A stretch of 63,405 bases of DNA, the filler included. It is 9 parts of 9 records of this genome, joined end to end, with 100 filler letters (N's around TTAATTAATTAA, not from the genome) between each part and the next. Parts side by side here need not be neighbours in the genome. Positions count along the whole stretch, not along the records: positions 1 to 7,332 come from SRR31147125_12547; positions 7,433 to 17,223 come from SRR31147125_12555; 7 more parts are not named here. One strand, written 5' to 3'. The notes under the pieces are model-generated. The model was not told where the DNA came from. It ran no database searches and worked only from the letters and a program-made list of their open reading frames with translations. The stretch's first letter is position 1, and every line of letters begins with the position of its first letter. Position numbers and translations under genes: made by a program. Of this stretch, positions 1 through 9,933 are shown one piece after another.

Positions 1-2
1 TG

Positions 3-66
3 TCCGGCAGCTGCCGGATTCAGCATCTCTGTCATTCCGAACCCGGCTGCTGCACGATAGGAATCT
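3..66. repeat. REP-like palindromic element
   Basis: Perfect palindrome TCCGGCAGCTGCCGGA at 3-18, then GTCATTCCGA...GGAATCT, a REP-like arrangement common in Bacteroidota intergenic DNA. Confidence 0.45.
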
Positions 67-218
67 GTTAAAATCATCAATCACGAATAAAGAGCCAGAA
101 TCAGGTAGACATTGCTGAAGAGGATATATAATGACATTCAATTTTTACAATATTGCCTGAATATTTTGACAGAAATATCCTACTTTTAAGCTTTTTGAAA
201 AATTGAACACAGGTTATT

Positions 219-752
219 ATGGAAGAACTAACAGTAGGAACGCGCGTTGAGCATCCGCGTTACGGAGAAGGTATTATTAGCAAAGACAATTTAACTGCCT
301 ATGAGATTTTTTTCGAACGAGGCGGAAAAATGGAAATTACCAAACGAAATACCGACCTTAAAGTTTTGGAATTAAACGAAGCCGGACCAAAATCGTCGCT
401 TTCGATTAAAGAAATGGAGAATGTTATTAATTACGTTTTAGATAAGCACGGAGCATTAACCGAAGTAATTCCGCTTGGCGAAAAATGGGAGGGTGGAACA
501 ATGAGTTTGCAACCGGCCAATCTCGAACTAAAACCAAAAGAAATTCCAGTAGAAACTTTTTTCCACAAAATTGTAATGTTGCGCGACCGCTTGCGTGTAC
601 TTGAACAAAACATTAACAGCAGTAAATCGCTCACCGACGAAGAAAAAGTGAACATTCAGCAATATATAACGAGAGCTTATGGTTCGCTTACTACATTCAA
701 TGTTTTGTTTGCAGAAAAAGAACACTTCTTTGTAGGAGCAAAATCGAAATAA
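219..752 (+). CDS. Conserved hypothetical protein (N-terminal SH3/Tudor-like GxRVxHPxYGxG motif, C-terminal helical region)
   Basis: 177-aa ORF; VGTRVEHPRYGEG resembles the UvrD/PcrA C-terminal Tudor-like motif. Confidence 0.7.
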   Translation: MEELTVGTRVEHPRYGEGIISKDNLTAYEIFFERGGKMEITKRNTDLKVLELNEAGPKSSLSIKEMENVINYVLDKHGALTEVIPLGEKWEGGTMSLQPANLELKPKEIPVETFFHKIVMLRDRLRVLEQNINSSKSLTDEEKVNIQQYITRAYGSLTTFNVLFAEKEHFFVGAKSK

Positions 753-800
753 ATAAACAAGGCAGGAATTATGAAATCTTGTAAATGCGGATCCGTCTAA

Positions 801-898
801 CCTTCCGGCGGCTGCCGGGGAGGAACAGGCTGGGTAGAAGATTGATAATTCATCTTATATTCCCGCTCAAAGTCACCCTTTGGGGGATTTAGGGGGTC
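801..898. repeat. Two intergenic REP-like hairpins
   Basis: CCTTCCGGCGGCTGCCGGGGAGG (801-823) shares its core with 3-18; GTCACCCTTTGGGGGATTTAGGGGGTC (872-898) is a G/C-run REP-like motif. Confidence 0.45.
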
Positions 899-940
899 AT
901 GAAAATTATATTATTTCTGCCTTCCTTAAAATAGAAACAA

Positions 941-1842
941 ATGAAAACTCTAAACCTGCTAATTGCATTTTTTATGTTTGCAACTACTCTTGTAGCACAA
1001 GACAAAGTTTTAAAAGTTTGGCCAAACGGGGCTCCAAACGATAATGGCATGACCGAACCCGAAGAGAAATACGACGGTGTGCGTGTGCGAAATGTTTCGG
1101 AAGCCGAAATGTATGTGTATTTACCCGAAAAGGAAAAAATACCGGCGCGGCTGTGGTAATTTGTCCCGGTGGAGGTTATGCAATTGAAGCAATGGACCAC
1201 GAAGGTTACGACATTGCTGAATTTTTAAAAGAAAAAGGTGTTGCCGGAATTGTTCTGAAATACCGCTTGCCGTACGGTCACCACGAAGTGCCTTCGAGCG
1301 ATGCGCGACGTGCCATAAGAACGGTTCGCCAAAATGCAAAAGAGTGGGGAATTGATCCTGCCAAAATTGGAATTGCCGGTTCTTCTGCCGGTGGTCATTT
1401 GGCATCAACTGCCGGAACTGTTTTCGATATGGGAAACAAAGAAAGCACCGACCCAATTGAACAACAAAGTTGCCGCCCCGATTTTATGTTGCTGCTTTAC
1501 CCGGTTATTTCGTTCGACGAAGATTTCGGTCACATGGGAACGCGTGATAATCTTTTGGGAAAAACTCACGACAAAAACTTAATTCACAAATATTCGAACG
1601 AATTAAATGTGACTGCAGAAACGCCTCCAACGTTTTTTGTGTTGGCCGACGACGACAAGGCTGTTCCTCCAAGAAATTCCATAGAGTTTTATTTGCAAAT
1701 GAAAAAATATGGTATTCCTGCCGAAATGCACATTTTTCAGAAAGGTGCACACGGATTTGGAATGCATAAAAAAGGTTTACCATCGGATAATTGGCCCGAA
1801 ATGTTTTTCACTTGGTTAAAAGCCGTTGAAATAGTAAAATAA
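941..1842 (+). CDS. Secreted alpha/beta hydrolase (BD-FAE/acetyl-esterase-like), split by a 1-bp frameshift
   Basis: Signal peptide in 941-1159; ICPGGGY, GSSAGGHL nucleophile elbow, DDKAVP and HGFG in 1153-1842; adding one A to the A6 run at 1134-1139 gives EKEKNTGAAVVICPGGG (about 300 aa). Confidence 0.85.
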
Positions 1843-2382
1843 ATGCAAAAAAAAACGCATCCGCTAAACGTCCTGAAATACTGTCCTAAATGTGGCTCGG
1901 ATGAATTTAATCCATCAGGCGATCGTTCGCTAAAATGTAAAGACTGTGGTTTTCATATGTTCTTTAATTCATCGGCTGCTGTTGCTGCTTTGGTTACTAA
2001 CGACGAAAGAAAACTGATGTTGGTAACTCGTGGTGTGGAACCCAATTACGGAAAACTGGATTTGCCGGGAGGTTTTATCGACCCCATGGAAACAGCAGAA
2101 AATGCCGTATCGCGCGAATTGTATGAAGAGTTAGGGCTGAAAGTGGAAACTATGGAATACCTTGGTTCTGCTCCAAACGAATATATTTTCTCTGAGTTTT
2201 CGGTGTTTACGCTCGACATGGCTTTTAAAATTACCGCCCAATCGCTGGAAAATTTAAAACCGATGGATGACATTTTGGAATATCGTTTTTACTCGGAAGA
2301 AGAATTGGTTTACGACGATATTCCGGCACCATCAATTAAACAATTTGTAAAAGATTATTTTAATGCAAACAGAAATTCATAA
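1843..2382 (+). CDS. NUDIX hydrolase with N-terminal zinc ribbon
   Basis: CPKCG...CKDCG ribbon plus Nudix box GGFIDPMETAENAVSRELYEELGL. Confidence 0.9.
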   Translation: MQKKTHPLNVLKYCPKCGSDEFNPSGDRSLKCKDCGFHMFFNSSAAVAALVTNDERKLMLVTRGVEPNYGKLDLPGGFIDPMETAENAVSRELYEELGLKVETMEYLGSAPNEYIFSEFSVFTLDMAFKITAQSLENLKPMDDILEYRFYSEEELVYDDIPAPSIKQFVKDYFNANRNS

Positions 2383-4144
2383 GCGTCTTCAGGCTCTCCG
2401 CGCCGAGATGCAAAAACTAAATATCGATGCCTGGTACATTTCGGGTACCGACCCACACTCCAGCGAATATTTGCCCGAGCGCTGGCAAACCAGAAAGTTT
2501 ATTTCGGGTTTTACCGGTTCCTATGGTATGGTTGTGATTACCCAAAACGAAGCCAAGCTGTGGACCGATTCTCGCTATTTTTTACAGGCTGCCGATCAAC
2601 TGGAAGGAACCGGAATTGAAATGATGAAACTTCGTGTTCCCAATGCAATTTCTCCGGAAGTATGGATTACAGAAAAACTGTCGGCAGGAAGTTGTGTAGG
2701 TTTAGATGCACAAACCGTTTCAATTTCCGCTTTCAGAAAATTTAAAAATACTCTGGAAGAAAATGGTGTTGAACTGGTGGAAACGCCTGATTTATTCAAT
2801 ATAATCTGGAGCGAGCGCCCGGGTATTTCAAAGGCCACGGCTTTTGAGTTGGGAGTAGAATATGCCGGTGTTTCGCGAAAAGAAAAACAGCAGCAGATTG
2901 CCGACGAGTTGAAAAATAAAGGAGCCGACTATCATGTAATTACAATGTTGGATGAACTGGCGTGGACGTATAATTTGCGTGGGTCGGATATTAGTTACAA
3001 TCCGGTATTTACCGGTTTTGCGTTTGTTGGAGAAACTGAAAGCCTTCTTTTTGTTGATGAGCAAAAATTGAAAAAGGAAGTTAGAACATGCCTTGAACAG
3101 GATGGAGTAGAGATAAAACCTTACACCGATTTTTACGATTTCCTTTCAATGATAAGCGAGAAACGTATTTTTATTGACACTGCTACTGCCAATTATTCGG
3201 TATTTAGCGCTTTGACAGAAGAAAATGAGATTGTTGAAGGAACCTCGGTTGTATCGTTGCTAAAAGCCAAAAAGAATGACGTGGAACTGGAAGGATTCAG
3301 AAATGCCATGAAAAAAGATGGTGTTGCATTGGTTGAATTTTACCATTGGCTGAAGAATACTGTTGGCTACGAAAATGTTACCGAGTATGAAATTGGAGTG
3401 AAACTGAAAGAATTTCGTGCCAAACAAGACGGTTTTAAAGAAGAAAGTTTTCCGCCAATTGTTGGGTATAAAGAGCACGGTGCCATTGTGCATTTAAGTG
3501 TTGATGCAGATAATGCTTTGCAGGTTGAAGCTGAAGGAATGTTGCTTTTCGATTCGGGTGGGCAGTATTTCGATGGAACAACCGATATTACAAGAACTGT
3601 TGCTTTGGGTGAAGTTACCGCACAAGCAAAAACAGATTTTACTCTGGCACTAAAAGGAGTAATTGCATTGTCGTGCGCTAAATTTCCGTACGGAACAAAA
3701 GGTTGCCACCTTGATATTTTAGCACGCCAGCCACTTTGGAACAGTGGTTTGAATTACGGTCATGGAACCGGTCACGGTGTTGGGCATTTTTTGAATGTGC
3801 ACGAGGGCCCAATGTCAATTAGACAGGAGTATAATGAAAATATGATTGAGCCCGGCCATGTTTTGTCGAACGAACCAGCATTTTACCGTGAAGGACAATA
3901 CGGAATTCGTACCGAGAATATGATGGTTTGTATTGAAAAGGAAATAACGGAATTTGGCCGTTTCCTTGGTTTCGAAACATTAACCTTGTGTCCAATCGAT
4001 ACGACTTTGATTGATAAATCGTTATTAAGTCAGGATGAATTATCCTGGATTAATGAATATCATAAGAAGGTAAATGAACGGTTAAAGCCGCTGTTAGATA
4101 AGGATTTACGTGATTTTTTAGACGAGTTAACAGCAACAATTTAA
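2363..4144 (+). CDS. Xaa-Pro aminopeptidase (aminopeptidase P, M24B)
   Basis: DPHSSEY, LWTDSRY, DSGGQYFDGTTDITRT, HGTGHGVG, HEGP, SNEP and GIRTEN motifs. Confidence 0.95.
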   Translation: MQTEIHKRLQALRAEMQKLNIDAWYISGTDPHSSEYLPERWQTRKFISGFTGSYGMVVITQNEAKLWTDSRYFLQAADQLEGTGIEMMKLRVPNAISPEVWITEKLSAGSCVGLDAQTVSISAFRKFKNTLEENGVELVETPDLFNIIWSERPGISKATAFELGVEYAGVSRKEKQQQIADELKNKGADYHVITMLDELAWTYNLRGSDISYNPVFTGFAFVGETESLLFVDEQKLKKEVRTCLEQDGVEIKPYTDFYDFLSMISEKRIFIDTATANYSVFSALTEENEIVEGTSVVSLLKAKKNDVELEGFRNAMKKDGVALVEFYHWLKNTVGYENVTEYEIGVKLKEFRAKQDGFKEESFPPIVGYKEHGAIVHLSVDADNALQVEAEGMLLFDSGGQYFDGTTDITRTVALGEVTAQAKTDFTLALKGVIALSCAKFPYGTKGCHLDILARQPLWNSGLNYGHGTGHGVGHFLNVHEGPMSIRQEYNENMIEPGHVLSNEPAFYREGQYGIRTENMMVCIEKEITEFGRFLGFETLTLCPIDTTLIDKSLLSQDELSWINEYHKKVNERLKPLLDKDLRDFLDELTATI

Positions 4145-5321
4145 CAACTTACCGGAAGAGTAAAACAGAATGTACTTCCTTCGTTCTGTTTACTTTTTAC
4201 GGATATTTCGCCTCCGTTTTTCTCTATAAATTCTTTACAAAGTAGAAGTCCTAAACCTGTGCCACTTTCTTGCGATGTGCCATAACGTTGTGCTCTGTTA
4301 TTTACAGCAAATAGTTCTGAAAGCGTTTCTTCGTCCATTCCAATACCATTATCAGTAACACAAAACTTACATTGTTTTTCTTGAAGCGTTGAAGTAATTA
4401 CAATTTCACCACCCGGATTTGTGAATTTTATGGCATTCGAAATTAGATTCCTGAAAACGGTTGAAATCATATTAATATCGCCATGACAGGTAATTCGTTT
4501 ATCAACTTCGTTTTTAATTGAAATTTCTTTGTTTTCGGCATGTTGCGTAAGCACTTCAAGGTTTTGTCCAATAACAAAAGCCGGAGTAAACTCAATGGCT
4601 TCAACTTTCAATTTTCCGGTTTGCGAGCGGGTCCATTCCAATAAATTCTGTAAAAGGGTAAATGTACTTTTCGATGAGGTGTGAATATCGTTTACATACA
4701 GTAATTTTTCATCGTCTTCCATTTCTTCCCAATTATCAATCATAACTTCCGATAAGCCAAGAAGTGCATTAAACGGGCTTTTTAAATCGTGGGCAATAAT
4801 CGAAAAGAATTTATCTTTGGTAGCATTGGCAATGCGAAGTTTTTCTGTTCTGTCTAACACTTGTTCTTCCAGTGAAGCATTCAAGGCCATTAGTTTTTCG
4901 TTTTGCTTTCGTATCTTTTTTCTTGCAAAAAACTTTTAATGGCTTCTTTTACAGTAAGAACCAGATCCTCTTTATCCCATGGTTTGGCAATGTAACGATA
5001 CAACTTTGCATAATTAATGGCATTGGTAATACCTTCGATACTTGCCTGGCCGGTAAGTAATATTTTTAAAGACCCGGGCGATAATTCGTGAATTTTCTTT
5101 AACAATTCGTCGCCTTTAATACCCGGCATTATGTAGTCCGAAATTATAACAGGAACCTGTTGCCCTTCTTCCAACAACTCGTTAAAAAATTCCAGTGCAT
5201 CTTCTCCGCTATCAGATGTTTCTATGTTAAATTCATCTCCAAAACTGGAATTGAGTTGTTCCTGCAGCGCTTCCAGAATGATCTCTTCGTCATCAACACA
5301 AAGTATGGTTTGTTTTATCAT
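4141..5321 (-). CDS. Hybrid receiver + histidine kinase, split by a 1-bp frameshift
   Basis: REC domain (CVDDE, SDYIMPG, KPW) in 4890-5321; HisKA/HATPase (AHDLKSP, NLISNAIKF, DNGIG, GTGLGL) in 4141-4890; one extra base in the T6 run at 4916-4921 gives QEKKIRKQNEKLMALNASLE (about 393 aa). Confidence 0.85.
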
Positions 5322-5334
5322 TTCTTAATCGGTT

Positions 5335-5730
5335 TCATTTTTGTGATAATCCGCTTCGTATCACATTCTCTAATTCGGTTGCCGACCATGGTTTGCTTAT
5401 ATAAGCATGCAGGCCAGCGTTGTTAAATGCATTGTTAATGGCGGTTTCATCAGCTTGTCCAGTCAACATAACTTTGACAATATTAGGAAATTTTTTGTGA
5501 ACATCTATTAAAAATTCATCTCCTTTCATACCGGGCATTAACCAATCTGAAACAATGACCAAAACTTCAATATCTTCTTCTGCAAGTTCTTCAATAACTT
5601 CGAGTCCCTCTGCTGCATTTTCAGCCGATTCGTAGAGATATTCATTCCCAAAAATATTCTTGATCTGTTCTCCCAAACTTTCAAGAATAATATTTTCATC
5701 ATCGACACAAACAATTGCTTTTTTGTTCAT
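5335..5730 (-). CDS. Single-domain response regulator
   Basis: CVDDE, SDWLMPG, MLTG and KPW receiver motifs; no output domain. Confidence 0.92.
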   Translation of the reverse strand: MNKKAIVCVDDENIILESLGEQIKNIFGNEYLYESAENAAEGLEVIEELAEEDIEVLVIVSDWLMPGMKGDEFLIDVHKKFPNIVKVMLTGQADETAINNAFNNAGLHAYISKPWSATELENVIRSGLSQK

Positions 5731-5735
5731 ATTAA

Positions 5736-7166
5736 TTAATTTACCGGTAATGTAACTGTAAATGTTGTTCCCAGGCCAACTTTGCTTTCCAGAGTGAGTT
5801 TTGCACCGTGTTTTTTTATAATTTTTGCAACTAAGTCTAATCCAATTCCTGTTCCTTCTCCTGCTCTTTTGGTTGTAAAAAATGGTTCAAAAATTTTCTG
5901 TTTGTTTTCTTCTGAAATTCCGCATCCGGTGTCGGAAATAGCAACTTTAACTTTATCTCCTGCATTTTTTATTGAAATAGTTATAGTTCCAACATTATCC
6001 ATGGCATGAATAGAATTTGATATCAGGTTGGTCCAAACCTGAACCAGCTCATCCGGATAACAACTAACCATTGGTACGTCATCAAATTCGGTAACAACTT
6101 CAATGCCCTGCTTTAAATGGTTATGATGGAGCGTTAGAACTGTTTCTATATTCTCCACGAGGTTCGCTTTTTCTTTTTCTCCTCCCTGATCTTTATGAAT
6201 AAAACGTTTTAAAGCAAATACTACTTTCGATGCTTTTTCAACAGCCATTTTTATATTGTCTGAATTTTTGCGAACCGAATAAATGTCTTTAACCGATTTC
6301 AATATAAATTCAGGATTGTCTACTTTTAATAAAGGGAGCAGATCGGCAACTTCGTTATATAAGTTTAAATAGATAATAAGTTCTGTAATTGCCAGGGGAT
6401 CTTGAAATCCTGCCTCTTCAACTTTTTGCCTGATTGCTCGTTTTTGTTGCCGTTTTTCTTTCGATGATAGAGGAAGAGCTTTACGATCAATCAGATTAAG
6501 AATGCGTAAAAATACGGTGAGCTCTTTTTTCGACAATTTGGTAAGTAAGCTGTAAAGGTTTTGTAACGATGAATCGAGCGAAGCAGAAATATTTTCAACA
6601 GAAGCATTTATCGCTCCAATTGGCGTATTTATTTCGTGCGCAATACCGGCAACCAGATGTCCCAGTGCTCCCATTTTTTCCGACTGTACAAGTTGTGATT
6701 GTGTTTGTTTCAGATTCGAAATATTTTCTTCCAAATCTTCTTTTTGCTTCTGTAGTTCCTTATTTTGTTTCGTTATTATTTTTTCCTGCTGTTTCCGTTC
6801 AGTAATATCGTGTGCAACTCCGTCAACCGAATCCAGCTTCCCTTTTTCGTCATACAAAGGCGATTCGGTAATTTCAATAACTTTTATTTTTCCGTCTTTG
6901 GTGTAAAGTTCGAGTTCGAAGGTTTTTTGTTTGTGACCCGATGCACTTTTCTGCAGAGTTTCAATGGTTTTTTTATTCTTTTTGCTGTCGGTCATGTGTT
7001 TTACAATACCTTCAAAAGCTTCTTCTACAGTGTATCCCAACACCGTTTCAACCGATGGGCTAATATATAAATACTCGCCAGCCAGATTATGAGAATAAAA
7101 AAAGTACTCATTTCCAACGCTTTCAATCAGCTTTTTATATTTTTTTCCGTCTTCCATATCAGGCAA
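5736..7166 (-). CDS. Cytoplasmic PAS-domain sensor histidine kinase (NtrB-like)
   Basis: PAS/PAC (YISPSVETVLGY, HDITERK), AHEINTP H-box, N/G1/F/G2 boxes; the start may be the ATG at 7157. Confidence 0.92.
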   Translation of the reverse strand: MPDMEDGKKYKKLIESVGNEYFFYSHNLAGEYLYISPSVETVLGYTVEEAFEGIVKHMTDSKKNKKTIETLQKSASGHKQKTFELELYTKDGKIKVIEITESPLYDEKGKLDSVDGVAHDITERKQQEKIITKQNKELQKQKEDLEENISNLKQTQSQLVQSEKMGALGHLVAGIAHEINTPIGAINASVENISASLDSSLQNLYSLLTKLSKKELTVFLRILNLIDRKALPLSSKEKRQQKRAIRQKVEEAGFQDPLAITELIIYLNLYNEVADLLPLLKVDNPEFILKSVKDIYSVRKNSDNIKMAVEKASKVVFALKRFIHKDQGGEKEKANLVENIETVLTLHHNHLKQGIEVVTEFDDVPMVSCYPDELVQVWTNLISNSIHAMDNVGTITISIKNAGDKVKVAISDTGCGISEENKQKIFEPFFTTKRAGEGTGIGLDLVAKIIKKHGAKLTLESKVGLGTTFTVTLPVN

Positions 7167-7332
7167 TTAAAAATTAAAGGAGTTTGAAAATCTTCACTTT
7201 ATGTAAAAGTATAAATAAAACCAATTCTATTCTGACTGGTTTAACAATATTTACAGAGATAACAGGAAAAAAGCAATAAGGTTGGCAGCCTTTTATTTTT
7301 TACGAGAAGGAATAAAAAGTAAACCCATATTT

Positions 7333-7432
7333 NNNNNNNNNNNNNNNNNNNNNNNNNNNNNNNNNNNNNNNNNNNNTTAATTAATTAANNNNNNNNNNNN
7401 NNNNNNNNNNNNNNNNNNNNNNNNNNNNNNNN
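7333..7432. other. Artificial contig spacer
   Basis: 44 N + TTAATTAATTAA (stops in all six frames) + 44 N. Confidence 0.98.
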
Positions 7433-7443
7433 GGGGTATTTAA

Positions 7444-8058
7444 TCAATCGAGAATTACATCGAGCCCTGCAAGTAAAGAAACGGCCTCTGGAAGGGAAAA
7501 TCTAGTCTTTTTTATAAGGTTATTATTAGGGTCAATTGAGTAATTAGTTGCCAGTCGAAAATCAGATTGCGTTAAATTAGTTTTTAGAAACCGGCTACTT
7601 GTAAAATCCGTAGCGTTAAAGTTTCCGCTTGCCAAATTAGCTTCACCAAAATCTACATCCCTCGCAATGCATTCGACCATTATCATTTTTGTAAGGTTTA
7701 GCCCAAAAAAAGAGGATAAGTTTATCAAACAAGAGTAAAAGTTAACACTCAGGGGTGTTGCCGCCTCCGTCCAATTAACACCAACCAACTTACTATCCTT
7801 AAAGTTTACATCAATAAACGAACAATATTGAGGCTTAACCAGGCTAAGATCACATTTTGTGAACTCACAATCTTCGAATCGACATTTTTGGAATATCGAT
7901 CCGCTAAATTTACAATTTACAAATTTACAATTATAAAATTCAAGGTTTTTAAAATCTCCGTCTTTTGACTCTTTTTGTTCAAACGTTTGCCCTTCATGGG
8001 TCTTCTCAAACCCAGCCCACCGACTGTTCTCCTGTGAAAACAATGGAAGCTCTTCCAT
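7444..8058 (-). CDS. Pentapeptide repeat protein (MfpA/Qnr-like fold)
   Basis: Repeated [CA]xFxx/xDLxx pentapeptides; C-terminal YSIDPNNNLIKKTRFS motif. Confidence 0.88.
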   Translation of the reverse strand: MEELPLFSQENSRWAGFEKTHEGQTFEQKESKDGDFKNLEFYNCKFVNCKFSGSIFQKCRFEDCEFTKCDLSLVKPQYCSFIDVNFKDSKLVGVNWTEAATPLSVNFYSCLINLSSFFGLNLTKMIMVECIARDVDFGEANLASGNFNATDFTSSRFLKTNLTQSDFRLATNYSIDPNNNLIKKTRFSLPEAVSLLAGLDVILD

Positions 8059-8135
8059 ATCAAAACCTCATGAATAATACGTGCTAGAATTCCAACCCCG
8101 ACTGCGGCCAGACAGAACAAAAGTCTCTCATTTTT

Positions 8136-8693
8136 CTATTCTCGCCAATGTTCTGGTTGATTAAGCACCTCGGAACACTGGATTTTTCCTGTTACTCTTC
8201 CTATAACCCCATTACTTAACTCTTGCACCATCCAAGCACCCGCATGTTCCTCTGGAATGGGATATGGGGCTTCGTAACCAAGTGCCCCTGCCGGGATAAA
8301 GCCAGAGCGTGGATAATAATCCGGATGTCCGAGAACAAAGACTAACTCAACACCTGCTTTTTTTAATTGACTCAATCCCTCTTTGATAAGTTGGCCACCA
8401 ACACCCTTACTTTGAACATCCGGCAGAACTGCGAGAGGTGCAAGTATTTGGGCAGATACTGACTCAGAAGATTCTGTTACTGTCACCTTCGTATAAAGTA
8501 TATGACCAATAATCTTGTTATCTTCAACTGCTACAAGCGATAGTATTGGGATTGCTGTTTCATCATTCATCAATCCCTGTACAAGTTCCGCAATTTCAGG
8601 TCCTTTTTTTTCGCCAAAGGCCTTTATATGAACATTGCTTATTTCTGTTTTGTCCGATTCTGTTGATTTTCTAATTTCCACAATAATCTCCAT
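8136..8693 (-). CDS. GNAT N-acetyltransferase (YhbS-like)
   Basis: LAPLAVLPDVQSKGVGGQLI and VFVLGHPDYYPRSGF. Confidence 0.92.
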   Translation of the reverse strand: MEIIVEIRKSTESDKTEISNVHIKAFGEKKGPEIAELVQGLMNDETAIPILSLVAVEDNKIIGHILYTKVTVTESSESVSAQILAPLAVLPDVQSKGVGGQLIKEGLSQLKKAGVELVFVLGHPDYYPRSGFIPAGALGYEAPYPIPEEHAGAWMVQELSNGVIGRVTGKIQCSEVLNQPEHWRE

Positions 8694-8744
8694 TTTGTGC
8701 TGAAAAAAATTTGCCCAGCAAAAATTTTCATAAATTAATACGGG

Positions 8745-8841
8745 CTAGGAGTCTGTCGGACATAGGGGATCGTAACGAGAAAAGTGGAAACTGAGGCGGT
8801 GTTTTCACAATGGATTCATTCTAAGTCAGACAGGCTTCTAG
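8745..8841. mobile_element. 97-bp MITE with CTAG at both ends
   Basis: Left end CTAGGAGTCTGTCGGACATAG matches the reverse complement of the right end (CTAGAAGCCTGTCTGACTTAG) at 17/21 positions; no transposase ORF. Confidence 0.7.
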
Positions 8842-9653
8842 GTTTATAGTTCTCCCGCAACCGCGTCTCAACGAACCCGAACTTCCGTATATTCTTGTAT
8901 GAATGTTGCGGGTCCCCGCCAACAGCCTCGCCCGTTTCCGTAAAGATATGCGTACAACGAAGCTCTCTGGCTTTAGATATTCGTGCGGCAATAATCGCCG
9001 CCTGACTCCCCTTGCGGCGAAACTCCGGGCTGGTAGCCCCCCAATCTATCCAGGCCTTGTCCCCCACCACAAATAATGCTCCGGCTCCCGCAGGAATGTC
9101 GCCCTCATAACTGACAAACAAGTACCAGCGCGGGTCATCGGCAAGCCCGGCCAACAAAGGTATTGCAGCATCTGTCAGATCAAAGGCGTTGCAGACAATC
9201 CTGCCAAAATCTTCCGCTTTATCAGGGCAGATTTCTTCGATTCTTAAATTCGTGGATACCTCAATTGGCGGTGCCGCATCACGATGAAAGTTCATCCAGC
9301 CGCGAGCCTTTCTCAAGCCCGGCGTCCGATAATCGTTGGGGCCATTCATTGGGCATATCGTTCAAGTAAAGATGCAAGAAAAAGCTGCTGACACCTAATT
9401 TCTGATAAGCATCCACAACTTTTTTTATGGATCCCAACTCCATCGGCGCACCCGAACCGAGTCCCAGCACCCTGTTTAACAGAATACTTGTGTCATTTTC
9501 AGCAGCAATTACAACGGCGTCGGCAATTTCTAACAGATGCAACCCGAGACTCTTCCTTGTTTCCTCAGGACAGTTAGCATGCAGGCTGATTAATGCCTCA
9601 CGCTCTATCTCATCTGAAACACGCTCTATTTCCAACATTTCTGTTTCACTCAC
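8816..9653 (-). CDS. GNAT-family acetyltransferase, split by a 1-bp frameshift near 9309
   Basis: ATSPEFRRKGSQ acetyl-CoA motif and SYKNIRKFGF; removing one base at about 9307-9311 joins SDAGLEK to ARGWMNF (about 278 aa). Confidence 0.8.
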
Positions 9654-9915
9654 CTTTCACGCTGAAACAAGAATATAAATCTGGTGCCTTTTCCGCACAT
9701 ATCCACAAAATTATCCAGTTTGAAGTAGTCAGTCTTGAAGTTGATGTCCACCTTTCCCATGGTTTTGGCAAACAGCTCATCCCGAGCCTCTTTACTTGCG
9801 GTATTGCTCTGCCTGTTCGCGGTTACCCTGACCTCCATTCCATTTTTTCCACCATTAGCCTGGTTACACCCATAAGTACCAGTTCGCTCAGGGCTCCTCG
9901 TTGTTCCTTTGCCAT
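9650..9915 (-). CDS. Small hypothetical protein, probably frameshifted
   Basis: ATG at 9915 reads MAKEQRGALSELVLMGVTRLMVEK; one extra base in the T6 run at 9843-9848 continues into NGMEVRVTANRQ...FLFQRER (about 88 aa); its stop overlaps the next start (GTGA). Confidence 0.5.
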
Positions 9916-9933
9916 GTTTGCTTGCCAAATCCT

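Noticed and set aside
7333-7432. Recurring TTAATTAATTAA motif as a biological repeat or CRISPR
   Set aside because: It is always centred in a fixed N run; this is a six-frame-stop linker.
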